Below, in pieces: positions 19,358 to 27,822 of a stretch of DNA of 64,000 bases. Each line of letters starts with the position of its first letter. Positions within the stretch are counted from its first letter, which is position 1. Under the pieces are notes generated by a model that was not told the DNA's origin, made no database searches, and was given only the letters and a program-made list of their open reading frames with translations. A program made the translations under genes and the position numbers. The stretch is from a virus (Duplodnaviria > Heunggongvirae > Uroviricota > Caudoviricetes), in IMG/VR virus record IMGVR_UViG_3300027977_000006, one strand, 5' to 3'.

Positions 19358-20040
19358 TAGCCAATGTCTTTTTTAAAGTATTCTTTATTATTTTTATTGA
19401 TTAAATTTTTTATGAAATAAAAGACAAAACTGTTGATTCCAACTTTTTTAAAACGTCTATCATCAAAATAAACCCTTCTTTTTAATAACTTAAATTTGCT
19501 AGGTTTTACATTTTTACTCAAAAAATAATCTTCACAGTGCATCAAATCTTCGTCAAAACCACCAATATTTTGAAAGGTATCTTTTCTAATCATCAAGAAT
19601 CCACCAACAACAAAAGGTTTGTCTAATTTAGATAACAAAACAATAATATTGGTCAGGTAATATAACAACTTTACTCTTAAATTACTATCACTATCCAATA
19701 AAACCCCAACTAAATCATTGCCAGAGTTAATTGATTTAACCGCTTCAAATATAATATTTTTGTCGTTAAAATAGCAATCAGAATCCAAAAAAAGAAAAAT
19801 ATCACCAGAGGCTTCCATGACACCATTGTTTCTCCCAATGCTTGGTAAACCTCCTTTGATAACTCTTATAGGTAAAAAGTTTTTATATTCCTCAACAACC
19901 ATCAAGGTTTTATCAGTAGAGTTTGCATCAGCAATAATTATTTCATATGAAATTGGTAATTCTTGGCGAAGTATAGAGGTTAATAAATTACCGATATATT
20001 TCTCTTCATTTTTACAAGGTATGATAATAGATAATTCCAT
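19348..20040 (-). CDS. Glycosyltransferase family 2
   Basis: IIIPCKNEE…ADANSTD, DSD (FLDSDCYF) and ED (HCEDYF) motifs. Confidence 0.65.
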   Translation of the reverse strand: MELSIIIPCKNEEKYIGNLLTSILRQELPISYEIIIADANSTDKTLMVVEEYKNFLPIRVIKGGLPSIGRNNGVMEASGDIFLFLDSDCYFNDKNIIFEAVKSINSGNDLVGVLLDSDSNLRVKLLYYLTNIIVLLSKLDKPFVVGGFLMIRKDTFQNIGGFDEDLMHCEDYFLSKNVKPSKFKLLKRRVYFDDRRFKKVGINSFVFYFIKNLINKNNKEYFKKDIGYWS

Positions 20041-20146
20041 GAATATAAATAGAAGCTCAACTAATCAATTGTGTTAAGAAATTAATATTTTTAAATATTG
20101 AACAATTTGCTTTTCAAAAATATTTATAGAGAAAACTTACACACAA

Positions 20147-21217
20147 ATGAAATTTTTTAGAGCAAATAAATCATTATTAGTTGAAAATCAACAAATTATC
20201 CACCCAATACAACAATTGGATGAGATAGATGCTTTGGCTTCAACCATAGATGATAACATCTCAAAAGAAATAAAAATACCAAAAGACGTTCTAAATAGCT
20301 TTAAAATTAAAGATTCTCTTAATAAAGATATTTGGCAAGATGATAAACTTAACCCAAAAGTTAGAACAAATCTAGTTGATATCGCCAAAAACTTTATGAG
20401 AGATATAGAACTTCCAAAAGGTATAAAAATCAAAGATATTATTTTTACTGGTAGCTTAGCAAACTATAATTGGTCAAAGTTCTCAGATATTGACCTTCAT
20501 ATAGTTCTAGATTTTAAACAATTTGATGCCGACCAAAAATTAGTATATGATTTTTTCTATGCACAGAAATCAATATGGAACCAAGAACACGATATAACAG
20601 TCTTTGATTACCCAGTTGAACTCTACGTTCAAGACGTAAATCATGAACTGCTTGCCAATGCCGTTTATTCAGTTCTACGTGATAAATGGGTTAAAAAACC
20701 AAAACGTGAAAAATTTGATGTGGATAAAAAAGCAATCAAAGACGGTGCCGAAAAATATATTCACTACCTTAAAGATATTCGTCAAGATTATCAAGATAAA
20801 AAATATCAAACCGTTGTTGATAAAGTTACAAAACTTAAAAACAAAATAAAAAATATGAGAAAAGCTGGCTTGGAAAGCGGTGGTGAATATAGTTACGAAA
20901 ACCTAGTGTTTAAAGTACTTAGAAGAACACCATTCATGGATATCTTAGATAGCTATAAAGCCAAATCATATGATAACCTTATGTCAGTAGTTGAAAATGT
21001 AAACGAAAATATATCTAGTAAAGAAGAACAAATAATAGCAAAATATAGAATAGGTAAAAACTCCAAAGTCCAATTTAAAAATGACCCTAAAACATATTAT
21101 GTGAAAAATATATCAGCCGATAGAAAGAATTTGTTCGTAACTCTTAATAACCTACAAACATATAGCAAAAGAATAAGCAACCTAATTAAAGTAGATGAAA
21201 AAGACGTAAAACTATGA
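20147..21217 (+). CDS. Pol-beta superfamily nucleotidyltransferase domain protein
   Basis: FTGSLANYNWSKFSDIDLHIVLDF matches G[SG]x9-13DhD. Confidence 0.5.
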   Translation: MKFFRANKSLLVENQQIIHPIQQLDEIDALASTIDDNISKEIKIPKDVLNSFKIKDSLNKDIWQDDKLNPKVRTNLVDIAKNFMRDIELPKGIKIKDIIFTGSLANYNWSKFSDIDLHIVLDFKQFDADQKLVYDFFYAQKSIWNQEHDITVFDYPVELYVQDVNHELLANAVYSVLRDKWVKKPKREKFDVDKKAIKDGAEKYIHYLKDIRQDYQDKKYQTVVDKVTKLKNKIKNMRKAGLESGGEYSYENLVFKVLRRTPFMDILDSYKAKSYDNLMSVVENVNENISSKEEQIIAKYRIGKNSKVQFKNDPKTYYVKNISADRKNLFVTLNNLQTYSKRISNLIKVDEKDVKL

Positions 21218-21981
21218 AAGACTTTATTAGAAAAAGGTTACACGAAGCTATAAAATATTTGCCATATAGCGACAAAGAAGAACTTAAAGCAGCTGGCGCA
21301 TACTCAAGTCTTAATAAACCATCCTATAAACTAGACATAAATAAAATTAGGTATAGAATGGCAAAAGCAGCTAGCGTAGCTACTGAATATAAACAAAACA
21401 CTGGTGATGATAAATACTTTATGCTGCCAGATGATGGAGAAGGTTTCTATCAAGTAGAATTTAGACACGATGGCCAAATAAAAACAAAACACATCAGAGC
21501 CAGCGCTGATATGCAACAACTAGACACTCCTTTTAGACCTAGCGATGTGGGTACATGTAATTCATTTCAAAATATAGCTAGATATTGCTTCGTAAAAGCT
21601 GGTAAAAGACTTCCAAATGATAAGTTTAGCGTTGGAGCAAGCCCAGCTGAAGATGCTGCCAATAAAGCACTAATAATCTTTAAATATGAAATCCTAGACT
21701 TTTATGGTGATGCTGGTTATGGTGATGAAAAGTCCGCCCAAATATCAAAAGAAAAAATGACCGACAAACAAGCGCAACATAAACTTAAAAAAGACCTAGA
21801 AACAAAATTAGGTAGAAGACTTAGAGATGATGAATGGTTCAAATACTTGGAAACTGGTGAAGAACCACAACAAAAACAAACACTCTCAATAGACCCAGAA
21901 AAAGCTGCCGAATTTGAAAAAAGACAACAAGCAGCAATGGATAGAAGAGCAGCTGCATTAGCAAGACAAAAAAAGGGGTGA
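21214..21981 (+). CDS. hypothetical protein (255 aa)
   Basis: ORF overlapping the upstream stop by 4 nt. Confidence 0.5.
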   Translation: MKDFIRKRLHEAIKYLPYSDKEELKAAGAYSSLNKPSYKLDINKIRYRMAKAASVATEYKQNTGDDKYFMLPDDGEGFYQVEFRHDGQIKTKHIRASADMQQLDTPFRPSDVGTCNSFQNIARYCFVKAGKRLPNDKFSVGASPAEDAANKALIIFKYEILDFYGDAGYGDEKSAQISKEKMTDKQAQHKLKKDLETKLGRRLRDDEWFKYLETGEEPQQKQTLSIDPEKAAEFEKRQQAAMDRRAAALARQKKG

Positions 21982-22000
21982 TTTACACCCCTTTTATTTT
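21969..22000. terminator. Bidirectional rho-independent terminator (AGGGGTG-ATTT-ACACCCCT flanked by A- and T-runs) between convergent genes
   Basis: Hairpin plus TTTTATTTT. Confidence 0.6.
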
Positions 22001-22007
22001 AAAACCC

Positions 22008-23390
22008 TCAAAATATATTGTCAAGCTCCTCAACCGCATTCACTTGAACAACGTTGTTATTATATTTAATCAAATAGAATTTATCACTCTCTTCAGCCAG
22101 TTCCATCTCTTTGCTAATCATAAAATCTATCAACATCTTATTTACCCTATCATTTAACTCTTTAGGTGCTTCAGCATTATATTTTCCCCTAAACTGAACA
22201 TTCTTTAATACCTTCTTCTCAACATTCCTATACGTTGGAATTCCACCCTCATAACTCTCCTTTACCTGAAAACTCTCAGTTACATGAGATAATTCCAATG
22301 TATAACCGTCAACATGATATATAGCACACTGCCCCTTCTCAACCTTGTTGATATACGTACCAACACAATGATTCTGAATCATACCTTCAGCCAACATATC
22401 TTTGTTGGTAGATAATAAGTTGAACCCAGAATACTCAGCAAAAGCCTTGTAAATAGGACGTATATTCAAATCATACTCCAACTCACATTCCAAGATAATC
22501 CTAGTAATCTCCTTGGCCCATGTATCATGCTCCTCCTTTAATCTCTTTAATCCCCATTTGCAATTAACCTTCCTTCCAAGAGTCCTAGCCATTTTACACG
22601 TATCATAAAAATAAGGTGAATTAATCATCTCATCAGTCAAAAGGTCCACCCCATCCAATGACTTCATAAGCTCCTTCCAATGCTTTACCCCTTTGCCAGA
22701 CTCAGATACCATTTGTTTAAATGTCTTGCTCTCAGCAATCATCATGCCCAACTTGTGATGAACCCCAAGCACTTGCCGTGTCATGTCCTTTAACTTGAAT
22801 AACTCATCCTCAACAACCTTGTTGAATGTTAAACTACGTGAAACCTTGCTCTCATGAACGGTCTTGAACCAATGAAAACGATTGTAAAAATAATCATAAA
22901 TCTTTGACTTTTTTATATTGCCATCATTTTCACCATAAACATAGATGTTCTCATGGTTATTGATGAAAATAGTTAGATTGCCAAATGTTAATGGCTGAAA
23001 ATTCTTGTTCTGGTTAACCCAAAATTTATTTTTCACATATATAATGCTGGCATCCTTCTTCTGAGAACTATATATTTTATTGGTCGTGCTAATCCCAAAA
23101 GAAGTAGTAAAACTACACACCTCAAAATCACCATTATCAAATTCAAATAATACAAGCCGCCTAAACGAAAAATAACCCCTGCCTTTGTTGAAAAACTTCA
23201 CCCTAGCCTTTAATCGGTTCTCCTTGTAAACCCTAAATAATTCATTTACCTCATTGTTGCTGGATTCATACAATACCTTATGACTTGTACAAACACTCTT
23301 CTCACCATCTGCCTTTTTCTTTACCCTCTTCTTGGGCTTGACTTCCTTGATTTCTTTGATAACCCTTGGTTCAGTTAATAACTTTGTCAT
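22008..23390 (-). CDS. hypothetical protein (460 aa), possibly PcfJ-like (EGxxxNHCVGTY…CAIYH)
   Basis: Motif recall only. Confidence 0.4.
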   Translation of the reverse strand: MTKLLTEPRVIKEIKEVKPKKRVKKKADGEKSVCTSHKVLYESSNNEVNELFRVYKENRLKARVKFFNKGRGYFSFRRLVLFEFDNGDFEVCSFTTSFGISTTNKIYSSQKKDASIIYVKNKFWVNQNKNFQPLTFGNLTIFINNHENIYVYGENDGNIKKSKIYDYFYNRFHWFKTVHESKVSRSLTFNKVVEDELFKLKDMTRQVLGVHHKLGMMIAESKTFKQMVSESGKGVKHWKELMKSLDGVDLLTDEMINSPYFYDTCKMARTLGRKVNCKWGLKRLKEEHDTWAKEITRIILECELEYDLNIRPIYKAFAEYSGFNLLSTNKDMLAEGMIQNHCVGTYINKVEKGQCAIYHVDGYTLELSHVTESFQVKESYEGGIPTYRNVEKKVLKNVQFRGKYNAEAPKELNDRVNKMLIDFMISKEMELAEESDKFYLIKYNNNVVQVNAVEELDNIF

Positions 23391-23453
23391 GCTATATGAT
23401 TTAATGTTTTACACAAAGGTATAAAAACTTTTCCAATTCTCCAAATATTTTTC

Positions 23454-23927
23454 CTATCTTTTTTTCTCAGAATAATACTTCATATACGCAAATAAACACT
23501 TGCTCCTTATATCATGCCACTTCTTTTCATTTATCCTTACCCCAAGTAAAATCCCCAATTTATACCCTTCATCCCACGCTTTGAACTCCTCCTCTAAGCT
23601 GGAAACAATATAATCAATCCTTCGCTTATACTTGGATACGTTCTTGTAAAAATGAACCTTTTCAGCATGAGCCAATATTGGCATCTCCCTCTCAAATATA
23701 TTCCAATCCTTCCTTAACTGATGGTGTCCCAGCTCATGCAATAATATGTAAACCTTTATCTCTGTAGTATATTTGGACTCAATCATAATCTCCTTCGGCC
23801 AATTTAATGTGCCATCCGCCCAATTTATATAAGATATACTATCATGGTCAAAATTTATGGAATAACCCTCCTTGTTAGCCCAATGTGTTAAATTCTCTAA
23901 ACTCTTAGTATAGTTATATCTTCCCAT
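23454..23927 (-). CDS. HExxH zinc-metallopeptidase-like protein (ILLHELGHHQL)
   Basis: HExxH motif in a 157-aa protein. Confidence 0.4.
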   Translation of the reverse strand: MGRYNYTKSLENLTHWANKEGYSINFDHDSISYINWADGTLNWPKEIMIESKYTTEIKVYILLHELGHHQLRKDWNIFEREMPILAHAEKVHFYKNVSKYKRRIDYIVSSLEEEFKAWDEGYKLGILLGVRINEKKWHDIRSKCLFAYMKYYSEKKR

Positions 23928-24033
23928 ACCAATAAATATACGAAAATTATATCGTAAAAAATTTTTTATTCTAGTTTTTTCTATACGCTATTTATAAAGA
24001 TATAAACTAAACACCTATTAATAACAATAAACA

Positions 24034-24066
24034 AAAAAACCTAGATAATACTAGGCTTTTTTTATT
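24034..24066 (-). terminator. Rho-independent terminator (CCTAG-ATAATA-CTAGG with A7 / T7 flanks) after 24062..24388
   Basis: Hairpin plus T-run on the minus strand. Confidence 0.5.
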
Positions 24067-24388
24067 TCTTTACATTCTTTATTATTAATTCACCCAATAC
24101 CTCAAGACGACCCATCTCCCTCTGAAACTCAATCTGACCCATATCCATATTAATCTTCTTATACGTCTCCATAAACTCCTTCTTCGCAGACCCCAAATCA
24201 AACTTGCCCTCACCAGCCTTCTTGTAATATGGTAACTTAACCTTGAAGTGATGCCATGTTAATAATGAATAACCACCCTTTTCCTTCGCAGTATCCGCAA
24301 TCTTGCTAGCACCCTTCTCTCTCGTCTTTGCAAACTCATCAAACTTGTCAATAGACTCCCTTAATAAACCTTTTATATATTCTTTCAT
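24062..24388 (-). CDS. hypothetical protein (108 aa)
   Basis: ORF. Confidence 0.5.
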   Translation of the reverse strand: MKEYIKGLLRESIDKFDEFAKTREKGASKIADTAKEKGGYSLLTWHHFKVKLPYYKKAGEGKFDLGSAKKEFMETYKKINMDMGQIEFQREMGRLEVLGELIIKNVKK

Positions 24389-24389
24389 A

Positions 24390-24914
24390 TTATTTATTTA
24401 ATCTCTCTATTTTATTTATAACCCCATTTCCCCATATACAACCACTCGCAACATCCCAACCATAATACCAGTCAATCTTCCTTCTAGCTTCATAAATATA
24501 TGGCACAATCTCAATCCCACCATAATCATTAGCAACTTTACCCCAATCTATATTTGTATATTTCTTATAACCAAAGTTAAAAGGTACACCATATTCCTTG
24601 TCAAATTCAACCAATTCATCATAACCCCTAATAATCTTAATACTAGATTCATTTATGCCAATCTTAAATACATTTTCCGATTCCCATGCTGGCATCTCAC
24701 TCCTAACCCAATCAATCCATGATGACCCTATACCATACCATAAACCCCTAGGCTTAAATCCAACCTCTTGATTACCTATTGGTGTAGACCTAAAGTCTAT
24801 TTTATTATCCTTAGACATTATTAACCTAGATTTGGAATACTCAGTCTTTATAAGCTCATATACATCTGAACCTACCTCCCTTAATACACTATCATATATC
24901 TTACCAATCTTCAT
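24390..24914 (-). CDS. hypothetical protein (174 aa)
   Basis: ORF. Confidence 0.5.
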   Translation of the reverse strand: MKIGKIYDSVLREVGSDVYELIKTEYSKSRLIMSKDNKIDFRSTPIGNQEVGFKPRGLWYGIGSSWIDWVRSEMPAWESENVFKIGINESSIKIIRGYDELVEFDKEYGVPFNFGYKKYTNIDWGKVANDYGGIEIVPYIYEARRKIDWYYGWDVASGCIWGNGVINKIERLNK

Positions 24915-24929
24915 GTTATATAAATATCC

Positions 24930-25090
24930 AAAAAAAATCTGGAAAAAAATTTTTTGAAAAATAGGGGGTTAAAAATTTAAACCGAAAAAATCTGGAAAAA
25001 AATTTTTTGAAAAATAGGGGTTAAAAATTTAAACCGAAAAAATCTGGAAAAAAATTTTTTGAAAAAAGGGGGTGGTTAAAAATCAATTTC
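24930..25090. repeat. Three tandem direct repeats of a ~60-bp unit (AAAAAATCTGGAAAAAAATTTTTTGAAAAATAGGGGGTTAAAAATTTAAACCG); the third copy is diverged or partial
   Basis: Directly visible head-to-tail repeats with no unique spacers between them. Confidence 0.8.
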
Positions 25091-25140
25091 AAAAATTTCC
25101 CAAAAATTTTATTTACAGCATCATGGCCCCTATATAGCAT

Positions 25141-25210
25141 GGCAACGGGGGGGTATATAAGGGGGGTAACGGGGTAGGGGTACGTAGGGGGGTCTGTACG
25201 GGGGGGGGGT
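25141..25210 (+). repeat. G-tract cluster with at least 6 runs of G4-G9 within 70 bp (possible G-quadruplex former), in an otherwise ~30% GC genome
   Basis: GGGGGGG, GGGGGG, GGGG, GGGG, GGGGGG, GGGGGGGGG. Confidence 0.7.
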
Positions 25211-25373
25211 TATATTATTATCATGGTGCAAAGATAGTAAAATTATTCATAAAAACAAACATTTTTTGAAAATATTTTTTATTTGTTAAATAGGCTATTT
25301 TAAGCCGTTTTAAGCTACTTTATTTTATTTTGGTATATTGATATAGGCAAAGGGTTAAACGTGGCTATAAAGC

Positions 25374-25405
25374 AAAAAAACCGCCTTTTTAGGGGCGGTT
25401 TCTTT
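25374..25405 (-). terminator. Rho-independent terminator (AACCGCC…GGCGGTT plus T7 on the minus strand) after 25423..26307
   Basis: Hairpin plus T-run. Confidence 0.55.
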
Positions 25406-25422
25406 TATCGGTTTGGTTTGCC

Positions 25423-26307
25423 TTAGTTTAGTTCGGCAAATACAAGTTCGTGGGCTTTCGTGTTAAGGTCGTTTGCCCTTGCATATAGTATGCTTTCGAT
25501 ATTGCCTTCTGCGAGGTTGTGGGTAGTGTAGCGTGTAACACCTTGCAACAAGCTAAAGAGGTTTGCACCTGTATTTTGCATTTCGATTGCAACGGCTTGG
25601 TTTATGCTGTCTAAAATGTTACGCTTACGAGTGTTAAGGTCGTTGTATTCCTTAACATCATAGCCTGTTAATTCAGTCATAAACTTGTCAATATCGGCTT
25701 GTCTGATTGACTTTAAAGCGGCATTATTAAGAAGTTGCACATGGCTTTCAGTCATAGCAGCAGCCTTAACGATTTCGTTTGTAAAGTAGGCTATTTTGCT
25801 AACATTGCCCTGTGTATTTTTCATAGCAAGGTCAACATCTTTGCGCCAATTTTTCGCACCATTGGCACACCATAGGCGCAAAGAGTAAAATCCTAAAGAC
25901 ATTTTAGTTTTACCATCAAAGCCTGTGCGGAACTCTAAAGAGGTTTCCAACGTATCGCCTACCATAGGGGTTTCGATTTCGTATTTTTTGTAAGGCAAAC
26001 GAAAGGCAATTTTTGAACCGCCATAGTATTCGTTATATGTTAGTTTGGTAAGGTCTAAGTCAATACCGCTATTCAATACGCTGTGTTCAATAGCATCTAA
26101 GAATAGCTGTAAGTTCATAGGCTCAAATTGGCTACCAACAACGCCCAAAGGTTTACCGCCTGTGTGCTTATATACACCAAAGGCTTCGGGGCTATCAAAG
26201 CCTTCAATACCGCTATGTAGCTGTATTTTTTTGGCTTGTAGCACTTGGCTTTTAAGGGTTTCAATGTGGTTTACTTGGGTTTCGATTGTTTCAAAAATGC
26301 TGTTCAT
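25423..26307 (-). CDS. DUF932 (phage/plasmid-like TIGR03299-type) protein
   Basis: GKPLGVVGSQFEPMNLQ and SLRLWCANGA resemble the DUF932 conserved blocks; local GC is clearly higher (~45%). Confidence 0.5.
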   Translation of the reverse strand: MNSIFETIETQVNHIETLKSQVLQAKKIQLHSGIEGFDSPEAFGVYKHTGGKPLGVVGSQFEPMNLQLFLDAIEHSVLNSGIDLDLTKLTYNEYYGGSKIAFRLPYKKYEIETPMVGDTLETSLEFRTGFDGKTKMSLGFYSLRLWCANGAKNWRKDVDLAMKNTQGNVSKIAYFTNEIVKAAAMTESHVQLLNNAALKSIRQADIDKFMTELTGYDVKEYNDLNTRKRNILDSINQAVAIEMQNTGANLFSLLQGVTRYTTHNLAEGNIESILYARANDLNTKAHELVFAELN

Positions 26308-26338
26308 AAGTTTGTTTGTTTTTTAATTGTTAACGATA

Positions 26339-26386
26339 GTGCAAATATCGAAATAACTTTTGAGATTTCCAAATTTTAAGTTACTT
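26339..26386 (-). promoter_or_regulatory. Variant sigma-A promoter cassette (GTGCAAATATCGAAATAAnTTTTGAGATTTCCAAATTTT) for 25423..26307
   Basis: The first of three near-identical ~45-bp copies (also at 26546 and 27197). Confidence 0.55.
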
Positions 26387-26469
26387 TATTTAAAAAAAGT
26401 TTTTGCACATAGTGTTGATAACTTTATTTTGTAGTTTCAATTTTTTTTATTATATTACGCACGTGTGTA

Positions 26470-26538
26470 TGTATAAAAAAAATAAAAACCAGGTTGGAGT
26501 ATACTTTCCGTTCCCTTTTGAAAAACGTAACGTCTTAT
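26470..26538 (-). ncRNA. Candidate small RNA A: a promoter-proximal, ORF-free transcript with the core GUAUACUCCAACCUGG followed by a U-rich tail
   Basis: The promoter copy at 26546-26584 has no ORF downstream; a 16-nt core is shared with the rightward locus at 49719-49734. Confidence 0.3.
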
Positions 26539-26545
26539 TGACAAG

Positions 26546-26584
26546 TGCAAATATCGAAATAATTTTTGAGATTTCCAAATTTTA
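26546..26584 (-). promoter_or_regulatory. Variant sigma-A promoter cassette (copy 2) driving candidate sRNA A
   Basis: Identical to the cassettes at 26339 and 27197. Confidence 0.5.
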
Positions 26585-26605
26585 AATGAATTATTTTAAA
26601 AAAGT

Positions 26606-26636
26606 TTATCCACACTCTTTTTTGAGAGTGTGGATA
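26606..26636. promoter_or_regulatory. Inverted pair of perfect DnaA boxes (TTATCCACA … TGTGGATAA) forming a 12-bp-arm palindrome, just upstream of the promoter cassette
   Basis: Exact DnaA-box consensus on both strands 13 bp apart; degenerate versions at 26414-26422 and 27259-27283. Confidence 0.5.
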
Positions 26637-26650
26637 ACTTTGTGTGTGGT

Positions 26651-27169
26651 TTATTCAGCAAACATTACTTTTGCACCGCAAGTGATTTCTTTTATACCTT
26701 CTAACTTTACAGTTCTAACTATTACATCATTTTCAACACCTTGATTAGTTGCCTTACTTGGTGCAGGTTTAAATTGCTTAATAGTGGTGATTTCTTGCTC
26801 GGTAGCTTCAATACCATTAACGAAGTATTTTAGCGTTTTGGCATTGTTACAAGCGAAAAACAAATATAAGGCAGTTGTATCTTTGCGATTGCAAACGATA
26901 CTACCATTAAAGCCATCGTTTACTTTCTCAAACCAATTTTCTTTTGCTTGAAAATCAGCTTCTTTGCCTTCTTTTTTTAGTCGGTTGTTTACCATGTTGG
27001 TATAGTTAGCATTAAGTAGCATATTATAGCTAACTAACTTTGTTACCTTTGCTTTGGCTAATGGGTTGTTTGTTTTAAGTTGTTTTTCTTCAACTATTGC
27101 AGTCATTTGAGCAAATGTAGCTGAACCGCCATCATTAATAAGAGTTTCGATAATTGTTTGTTTGTTCAT
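26651..27169 (-). CDS. hypothetical protein (172 aa)
   Basis: ORF; elevated GC. Confidence 0.5.
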   Translation of the reverse strand: MNKQTIIETLINDGGSATFAQMTAIVEEKQLKTNNPLAKAKVTKLVSYNMLLNANYTNMVNNRLKKEGKEADFQAKENWFEKVNDGFNGSIVCNRKDTTALYLFFACNNAKTLKYFVNGIEATEQEITTIKQFKPAPSKATNQGVENDVIVRTVKLEGIKEITCGAKVMFAE

Positions 27170-27196
27170 TTTAAAAAAGTTTAATTGTTAACGATA

Positions 27197-27234
27197 GTGC
27201 AAATATCGGAACAATTTTTGAGATTTCCAAATTT
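27197..27234 (-). promoter_or_regulatory. Variant sigma-A promoter cassette (copy 3) for 26651..27169
   Basis: Same ~45-bp sequence. Confidence 0.55.
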
Positions 27235-27465
27235 TAAATGAATTATTTTAAAAATAGTTTATCAACATTTTTTTGTTAATAACTTTGTTTGGTTGTGTGG
27301 GAATTTATTTGTATCTTTGCAATGCTAAAAGAAATAAGTTATGAAAGCAACATTAGTAAAACATTAAAGTAATTTCTTTGGATTTAGAAAAGACAAAATG
27401 TACCACAATGGTACATTAAAAACAACCCTATCATTTGCATTGGGTAAATTCAGATTGTTATTGTA

Positions 27466-27765
27466 TTAATAATACATAGTCAGGTGGCGGAATTGGGTCA
27501 AGCTATGGTAGTGTTGTTTCAGTTGCTCACCAATACGTTCCAATTTAGCTCTTTGCTTATCGGTGCAAGGCTTATCAAAGGACGTAATAGTATCATTTAC
27601 ACATACTCTGCCTAATAGTCCACCACCTAAGTAGTTTTGATAGGCTGCCATTTTTTCACCCTTAAACCCTAAAGTTGTAAGGTCAATTTCAATTCCACCA
27701 CCACGTGAAGATACTTGTAAACGTAGGGTAATTGTTTGAAAGTTAATTTGTTTTGCTTTTGCCAT
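27466..27765 (-). CDS. hypothetical protein (99 aa)
   Basis: ORF; promoter at 27784-27822. Confidence 0.5.
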   Translation of the reverse strand: MAKAKQINFQTITLRLQVSSRGGGIEIDLTTLGFKGEKMAAYQNYLGGGLLGRVCVNDTITSFDKPCTDKQRAKLERIGEQLKQHYHSLTQFRHLTMYY

Positions 27766-27783
27766 TGTTGTTTGTTTTTGTTA

Positions 27784-27822
27784 CTGCAAAGATAAGTAAA
27801 TTAATTTGAAAATTCAAAATTT
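27784..27822 (-). promoter_or_regulatory. Consensus early promoter (CTGCAAAGATA…CAAAATTT on plus)
   Basis: Reverse complement gives -33 TTTG and -7 TATCTTTG. Confidence 0.6.

Noticed and set aside
24930-25090. Possible CRISPR array (regular ~60-bp repeats)
   Set aside because: The repeat units are directly contiguous with no unique spacers, and they are AT-rich and non-palindromic. This is a tandem iteron-like repeat and does not have the repeat-spacer organisation of a CRISPR array.
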